Assembly (NCBI GenBank): GCA_965662575.1
Contig: CBFIHN010000002.1
Coordinates: 7,087 to 71,086 of the forward strand
Direction: 5' to 3'
DNA: 64,000 nt
Source of the DNA: Gammaproteobacteria bacterium
GTDB taxonomy: Bacteria > Pseudomonadota > Gammaproteobacteria > Francisellales > CACEW01
Every line of letters starts with the position of its first letter. Within the stretch, counting starts at the first letter, position 1. Under the pieces are notes generated by a model. It was given only the letters and a program-made list of their open reading frames with translations. It searched no databases and was not told the DNA's origin. Made by a program: the position numbers and the translations under genes. Below, piece by piece: positions 58,741 to 64,000 of the stretch.

Positions 58741-58747
58741 ATCCCAA

Positions 58748-59485
58748 ATGGTTTTGTTTTGGTGTCGTCGTTTTTGTGCAAAGTGTGACAGTCCGGTCAT
58801 TATCTCCATCATGATCCATCTGTGGCTGTTGGTAGCCATAACCTTTGTTAATCTGCAACAAAAACCCCGGTTGCACCAAGGGTTGTCTGCGCATGACGCA
58901 GGGGTTATCAATACCTATTTGCTGTCAGCTGATAGGCAACCAAAATCGCCCAGACAGAAAATGGTCACCACTTCCCAATCTAGCCATCATCATTTACAGC
59001 CAGCAAAGTCTCAGGGGTTCAGCAGCCAAAAACCTGATTCCCAAGATAATTTACTCCCTACAGCGATGCGGGGTGCGAGTCTATGGTCACCTTTAAAAGT
59101 GCTATCGATAAAGCATTCTCAGCCCAAGAACGACCGTCCTAGGGACATCAGTACTGACAAAATATCCGCATCAGGCCATCGGCAAGTTCAGCATAATCAA
59201 TTGAAAAAAAATCAACAACAAGCTTTGTTAACTCATCTTGCTAGTTTGCTGCAACAGCAACTGGCACAAGCACCAGATCTCGATCAAGCACAAACAGTCA
59301 TCGTTAAATTTAGATTATTACCCTCAGGCATCATTGATTCTATCCATGTTATCAATAAAGTGACTAATAAGATTGTGGCGAAAAGAGCTATTGCCATCAT
59401 CAAGGCCATTAGCCCCATTACCATGCAGCCGGCAATTTTTCAGGCAATTGATATTGTTGTCCCTTTGCATTTTTCAGGCTTTTAA
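58748..59485 (+). CDS. TonB-like energy transducer
   Basis: N-terminal TM with an SxxxH motif (ISIMIHLWLLVAITF), a Pro/Gln/Ser-rich spacer and a TonB-C-like end (VKFRLLPSGIIDSIHVINK...). Start moved from 58640 to avoid a 100-nt overlap with btuB. Confidence 0.55.
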   Translation: MVLFWCRRFCAKCDSPVIISIMIHLWLLVAITFVNLQQKPRLHQGLSAHDAGVINTYLLSADRQPKSPRQKMVTTSQSSHHHLQPAKSQGFSSQKPDSQDNLLPTAMRGASLWSPLKVLSIKHSQPKNDRPRDISTDKISASGHRQVQHNQLKKNQQQALLTHLASLLQQQLAQAPDLDQAQTVIVKFRLLPSGIIDSIHVINKVTNKIVAKRAIAIIKAISPITMQPAIFQAIDIVVPLHFSGF

Positions 59486-59501
59486 CTGACCTGAGAGAGG
59501 T

Positions 59502-59531
59502 ATCGTTTTTTGTACACGTGCAAAAAACGAT
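59502..59531 (+). terminator. 11-bp stem hairpin (ATCGTTTTTTG-tacacgtg-CAAAAAACGAT) after the TonB-like gene
   Basis: Read directly. The stem is AT-rich with no clear 3' U-tract, so terminator function is uncertain. Confidence 0.35.
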
Positions 59532-59609
59532 TGCTATGCATTCCCTATGCTTCACAAGTAGCAGCCTTTATGCGAATATGCTGATTATTCAATTGATTCA
59601 TCACATTTA

Positions 59610-60716
59610 ATGAAGTTGTTGCGCAGTCGCTACACAAAAAAAATTATTTTTTTGTTGTTTATTCTTAGCATCCTTGCGGTGTTTGCTTATGATGGTTTAT
59701 TTGATCGTAGTAAAAAACCATCACTTGACATAAAACCGATTGCGGTGATGGTCAAAAAAGCGATGGCTCAAGATATTCCACTGACATTGTCTGCGTTGGG
59801 AACGTTACTTGCGCCACAGAATGTCACCTTGATGGCACGCCAAGCGGGGCAAATTACTCAGATGAATTTTGTTTCCGGGCAAAAAGTGAGCAAAGGGGCG
59901 GTGTTATTTGTTATTGATGATGCGGCTGAAAAAGCACAATTAGCCATTGATCAGGCCAAACTTTGGCAAGCAAAACTCGATTACCAGCGTTATCAAAAAT
60001 TGGATAAATCACCGGAGCATATCGTCAGTCAATCAACATTGGATAAGTACCAATCAGCCTATCAGCAAGCAAAAGCGACGGTGGATATGGATGAAAAATC
60101 GTTGGCAGATACACAAGTGATCGCGCCATTCTCTGGTTATGTCAGTGCGCCAAAAACTGTCACTAATAGCGATGGCAGCGTGACGCAAATGGCAGTGGGT
60201 AGCTATGTCAATGTGGGCCAAGCCTTAGTTAATTTAGTCAATCGGAGTCAGTTAGTCGTGCAATATACATTGCCTGAAGAGGAATTGGCGATCACCCGGG
60301 TTGGTCAAATGATTCATTTCACAACACGCTCGGCACCCGGTAAAACATTTCATGGCAAGATCAGTTATGTTTCTCCTAGTGTGAATAGTAGTACACATAC
60401 TTTTACGGTGCATGCGACAGTGACGACAAAAACTGAGCAACTGTCGCCTGGTATTCAAGTGAGCGTGAAGCAAATTATTTCTGAGAAGCACCAGGCGATT
60501 GTCATCCCTGCCATCAGTCTATTACCATCGTTAGATGGCTATCATGTCTATATTGTTAAAAAAGGGAAAGCGTTGTTGCGGACAGTTGAAGTCAATGAGA
60601 TGCTGGGCAATCAGGCGGTCATTAGCTCAGGGCTCAAAGCCGGTGAGGCTGTCATTTCAGCTGGTAATCCCGCGATTCATGATGGATCTACAGTCCAGGT
60701 TGTCACCAAGTTATGA
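59610..60716 (+). CDS. RND efflux periplasmic adaptor (MFP)
   Basis: N-terminal TM/signal and the HlyD_D23-like order. Its stop overlaps the start of the RND pump (ATGA). Confidence 0.85.
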   Translation: MKLLRSRYTKKIIFLLFILSILAVFAYDGLFDRSKKPSLDIKPIAVMVKKAMAQDIPLTLSALGTLLAPQNVTLMARQAGQITQMNFVSGQKVSKGAVLFVIDDAAEKAQLAIDQAKLWQAKLDYQRYQKLDKSPEHIVSQSTLDKYQSAYQQAKATVDMDEKSLADTQVIAPFSGYVSAPKTVTNSDGSVTQMAVGSYVNVGQALVNLVNRSQLVVQYTLPEEELAITRVGQMIHFTTRSAPGKTFHGKISYVSPSVNSSTHTFTVHATVTTKTEQLSPGIQVSVKQIISEKHQAIVIPAISLLPSLDGYHVYIVKKGKALLRTVEVNEMLGNQAVISSGLKAGEAVISAGNPAIHDGSTVQVVTKL

Positions 60717-63700
60717 AGCTGTCACAACTCTGTATTCAACGACCTGTTTTTTCAGTCGTTTTAAGTTTGGTTTTGATTTTGCTGGGACTATTAGGCTATC
60801 AGCAGCTGGATTTACGTTATCAACCGACAATATTTGTGCCCAAACTTTATGTTAGCGTTTCTGACCCAGGTGCTAGTGCTGAGCAAGTTGAGCAAACGAT
60901 TACGCAGCCTCTGGAAGATGCGTTGGCGGGCACGCCAGATTTAGATCAAATGACATCTGATTCTTCAGCTGGCTCTAGTGATATTACGTTAAAGTTTGGT
61001 GATGTATCACAAGCTGAGTTCGTGACGGCGCAATCGTCAGTCATGCAAACAGTCTCGGCTGTTAACTTACCTGATTCGGCTAAGCGACCGGAAATTCATA
61101 GTGCGGACAATGGACAAAATACCGTGATGTTTTTGGGTGTTAGCGCCCCTGGTCATGATCAAGCCGCACTGCGACGCTATGTGCAAAATAATATCCAAAA
61201 ACCTATGCAGCAGTTGCCTGGTGTTGGTGGCGTCTATGTTGAAAATGCGAAGACTGCCGTGCGAATAGCCTTAAACCCACAGGCACTTGCTGAGTTTAAA
61301 ATTCCACCATCAACTATTTTACAAAAAATTCAAGAAAGCAGCGATACTATGTCTGCAGGATCATTGGTCAGTAGTGATCAGCTAATTTCAATCACCACCA
61401 GTTCAAACTTGCCAGATTTAAAAGCATTTCGTGAATTGATTATAGCCAAAAGAGGAGGGCATTTTATTAAGCTTGGACAGCTGGCTCATGTGTTTGTTGG
61501 TCAAGACAGTATTAGCGGTGATTTTACCAATATTGGTGGTGACCCAGGCATCGCAATGAATATTGCAGCCAGTGATAATGCCAATCCGATTGAAGTGACT
61601 CAAGCGGTGAAACAAAAAATTCAGCAACTGCAGCAATTTTTACCAACAGGCTACAAAATTACTGTGGTTGCTGATTTGGGCAGCGTGCTTAAACAATCGG
61701 TTGATGAAGTGTACATGACGATTATCGAAGCAGTCATTTTGGTGGTATTGATTACGTTACTGTTTTTGGGTACGTGGCGTGCGACGTTAATCCCGATAGT
61801 AACTATCCCTGTTTGCCTAGTTGCTTCATTCGCCGTGATGTTTGTCCTGGGTTTTAGTATTAATGTCATGACTTTGCTCGCCTTGGTCTTGGCTGTTGGT
61901 TTGGTTGTCGATGATGCCATTGTGGTCTTAGAAAACAACTATCGGCATATTGAATCGGGGATGAAGCCACTTCCAGCCGCCAAGTTGGGTGCAAAAGAAA
62001 TTAGTTTCGCCATTATTGCAATGACCATTTGCTTGATTGCAGTTTATGTTCCCACTGGATTTTTGTCGGGCAAAACAGCGGTCTATTTTCGTCAGTTTGC
62101 TTTTACTTTAGCGGCCTGTGTTTTAATTTCAGGTTTTGTTGCTTTAACTTTATCACCGATGATGTGTGGTCATTTGTTGCCGTATCAAACCAAGCCGTCG
62201 ACATATGAGCAGCGCTTGCGCCAGTTTTTTGATGGTCTCCGCCAATACTATCAACAGTTTTTACAGGGGGTTTTCCGTTATCGTTTGGGACTGGCGGTGA
62301 TATTTTTTGTTTTACTTGGTTGTGGCTATTGGGCGTTAACAACACTGCCGGCAGCACTGTTGCCCAAAAGTGAGATGAATGTGGTGGTGGCATTTGTCCA
62401 GGGGCCAGGGACAGCGAGTGCCAATTATGTCTACAAGGTCAATGCCGCCTTGTGGCGCAAAATTGATGCAAAACCCAAACTGAAAAATGCCATCAATACC
62501 TATGCCAGTTTTGCCGGTGGTTCAGGTGGATTTGGCTCTAATTCGGCAGGCAATTTTATTTCATTAAAACCAGCGTCTCAGCGTCAGCTCAGTGCGGATG
62601 CGTTTGCCAAGCAACTCAGTCAAATGATCAATAGTATGCCAGGGGTCAGGGGTGGTGCGCGTGTGCTAGATATGAATAGTAATAGCTGGTTTGATCATGG
62701 TGCAATTCGTTTTGTTGTGCAAGGTTTTACCAGTTATCCTCAGCTGGCTGCAGCGGCCAATGAATTGGCTGTACATTTAAAAAAATACCCGGGCTTTACC
62801 GATGTTGATTCAGAACTGCAGTTTGATAGTCAGCAATATGATTTGCAAATTAATCAAAAAATGGCGGCAACCTTAAACGTTCCCTTGTCAAATATTACCC
62901 AGGCGGTCAATATTTTTTTTGGTGGTAGTGAAATTAGCCAAGGGTTTTATTTTGATGGCGTGAGTTATCCCGTGGTGGTGCAATTACCAAGAAAAGATTT
63001 GGCTGATTTTTCGGTATTGAAGTCTTTGTATGTATTGGATGAAAATAGCCAACTGGTGCCGCTATCGCGCTTAGTGCATATCCATGCCAAATTGGGCTTA
63101 AGTTCGCGGATGCATAATCAAGAAATGCGTGCAGCAACATTGAGTTTAAATTTGAATAAAGGCTATTCAACTGGCGATGCCATTGCGCAAATTTTAGCGC
63201 AAGCTAAACAGAGCCTACCACAAGGTTTGCAAATTCAGTTTATGGGACAAGCACGAGACTACCTAGAAGGTCACCACCAAATCACGTTAATTTTTGTGTT
63301 AGGCCTAATTTTTATTTATTTAGTGTTAGCAGCGCTGTTTGAAAGTTTTATTGATCCGCTGGTCATTTTACTGACGGTGCCGTTATGTATTGTTGGTGCT
63401 TTATTAATGCTAAAGCTAATTGGTGGGCAGCTTAATCTCTATACGGGCATTGGCTTGGTTACCTTAATTGGTTTGGTTTCTAAGCATGGTGTGTTAATCA
63501 CTCAATTTGCTAATCGTTTGCATGAACAAGGTAAATCATTGCAAGAGGCAGTGACAGCCGCTGCGGCCATTCGTTTACGTCCAATTTTGATGACAACAGC
63601 GACGATGGTTTTGGGTGCATTGCCGTTGGTGTTGGCCAGTGGGCCTGGGGCGACAGGACGCATCCAAGTTGGCTGGGTAATTATTGCTGGTCTGTTATTG

Positions 63701-63790
63701 GGTACCGTATTTTCATTATTGGTTGTGCCAGTGGCTTATACGATTTTGGCGAAGTTGAAGCGTGGTGACCTTTCGTCAAATATCAACTAA
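60713..63790 (+). CDS. RND efflux pump inner-membrane subunit (AcrB/HAE1-like)
   Basis: 1025 aa, MKLSQLCIQRPVFSVVLSL and GLVVDDAIVVLENN. It is a paralogue of 26439-29522. Confidence 0.9.
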   Translation: MKLSQLCIQRPVFSVVLSLVLILLGLLGYQQLDLRYQPTIFVPKLYVSVSDPGASAEQVEQTITQPLEDALAGTPDLDQMTSDSSAGSSDITLKFGDVSQAEFVTAQSSVMQTVSAVNLPDSAKRPEIHSADNGQNTVMFLGVSAPGHDQAALRRYVQNNIQKPMQQLPGVGGVYVENAKTAVRIALNPQALAEFKIPPSTILQKIQESSDTMSAGSLVSSDQLISITTSSNLPDLKAFRELIIAKRGGHFIKLGQLAHVFVGQDSISGDFTNIGGDPGIAMNIAASDNANPIEVTQAVKQKIQQLQQFLPTGYKITVVADLGSVLKQSVDEVYMTIIEAVILVVLITLLFLGTWRATLIPIVTIPVCLVASFAVMFVLGFSINVMTLLALVLAVGLVVDDAIVVLENNYRHIESGMKPLPAAKLGAKEISFAIIAMTICLIAVYVPTGFLSGKTAVYFRQFAFTLAACVLISGFVALTLSPMMCGHLLPYQTKPSTYEQRLRQFFDGLRQYYQQFLQGVFRYRLGLAVIFFVLLGCGYWALTTLPAALLPKSEMNVVVAFVQGPGTASANYVYKVNAALWRKIDAKPKLKNAINTYASFAGGSGGFGSNSAGNFISLKPASQRQLSADAFAKQLSQMINSMPGVRGGARVLDMNSNSWFDHGAIRFVVQGFTSYPQLAAAANELAVHLKKYPGFTDVDSELQFDSQQYDLQINQKMAATLNVPLSNITQAVNIFFGGSEISQGFYFDGVSYPVVVQLPRKDLADFSVLKSLYVLDENSQLVPLSRLVHIHAKLGLSSRMHNQEMRAATLSLNLNKGYSTGDAIAQILAQAKQSLPQGLQIQFMGQARDYLEGHHQITLIFVLGLIFIYLVLAALFESFIDPLVILLTVPLCIVGALLMLKLIGGQLNLYTGIGLVTLIGLVSKHGVLITQFANRLHEQGKSLQEAVTAAAAIRLRPILMTTATMVLGALPLVLASGPGATGRIQVGWVIIAGLLLGTVFSLLVVPVAYTILAKLKRGDLSSNIN

Positions 63791-63852
63791 TGAAACACAT
63801 TATTCTATGTTGAATTCTTGTTGTTGGAGGTATATTGATTGTGATTTATAGT

Positions 63853-64000
63853 ATGACAGCATTCGCACGTGAGCAGCAGGTAACCGATATTGGTGAGGTG
63901 AGCTGTGAGTTAAAATCGGTTAACCATCGTTATTTAGATATTCATTGTCGTTTATCTGAGAGCTTACGCCCACAAGAGATGATGATTCGTGACCTGCTGA
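63853..64000 (+). CDS. yicC: YicC-family stress-induced protein, N-terminal fragment (continues beyond the window)
   Basis: My translation reads MTAFAREQQVTDIGEVSCELKSVNHRYLDIHCRLSESLRPQEMMIRDLL, which fits the YicC N-terminal pattern (SMTGF.R.....G....E.KSVNHR.L). Confidence 0.7.
   Translation, partial: MTAFAREQQVTDIGEVSCELKSVNHRYLDIHCRLSESLRPQEMMIRDLL

Noticed and set aside
58640-58747. Upstream extension of the TonB-like ORF that overlaps the btuB 3' end by 100 nt
   Set aside because: The extension has no TM or signal logic. The ATG at 58748 gives the expected short N-terminus followed by a TM with SxxxH.
60535-60855. 106-aa ORF bridging the MFP/RND junction
   Set aside because: It is out of frame with two strongly supported, translationally coupled genes.

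Overview
AT-rich gammaproteobacterial chromosome segment, about 40-42% GC in housekeeping genes by hand counts. A Legionellales-like origin is only a guess. All calls come from reading the ORF track and sequence; no database search was run.

Ordinary content:
- A partial 3-hydroxyacyl-CoA dehydrogenase at the left edge.
- A dut / M20 hydrolase / astA / astD operon, fdxA, a CPA1 antiporter, rubredoxin, rluD, ung, pilD, gmk, secG-tRNA-Leu and fxsA.
- grpE-dnaK-dnaJ with textbook sigma-32 promoters.
- A cobalamin riboswitch followed by a btuB-like receptor and a TonB-like gene.
- Two paralogous RND pumps, only one with an adaptor, and a partial yicC.

Accessory content worth follow-up:
1. A compact MSHA-type type IV pilus operon (1790-13799). 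It has no obvious major pilin and ends in a pilin-like protein fused to a 7-blade Cys-pair beta-propeller.
2. A glycan-modification cluster (15800-20309) with a GT4/CE4 fusion, a GT9, a DXD glycosyltransferase and a tail-anchored protein built from near-identical 21-nt heptad repeats.
3. The strongest candidate for something undescribed. It is a 2162-aa protein (30187-36675) with about 1300 aa of very AT-rich coiled coil, a TM segment, about 770 aa of cadherin-like (VNDAP-type) modules, a second TM and an acidic tail. It is followed by a 1063-aa lipoprotein with four Cys-pair Ig-like modules and an Asp-box (BNR) double propeller.
4. A TolC/adaptor/FtsX-permease efflux set with no ATPase gene, abutting pilD.
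5. An islet at the 3' end of tRNA-Leu(GAG). An ISNCY/IS1202-group IS with a 15-bp target duplication has split a very AT-rich orphan gene there, and a solo IS end lies beside it.

A roughly 150-bp long-armed palindromic element occurs in two diverged copies.
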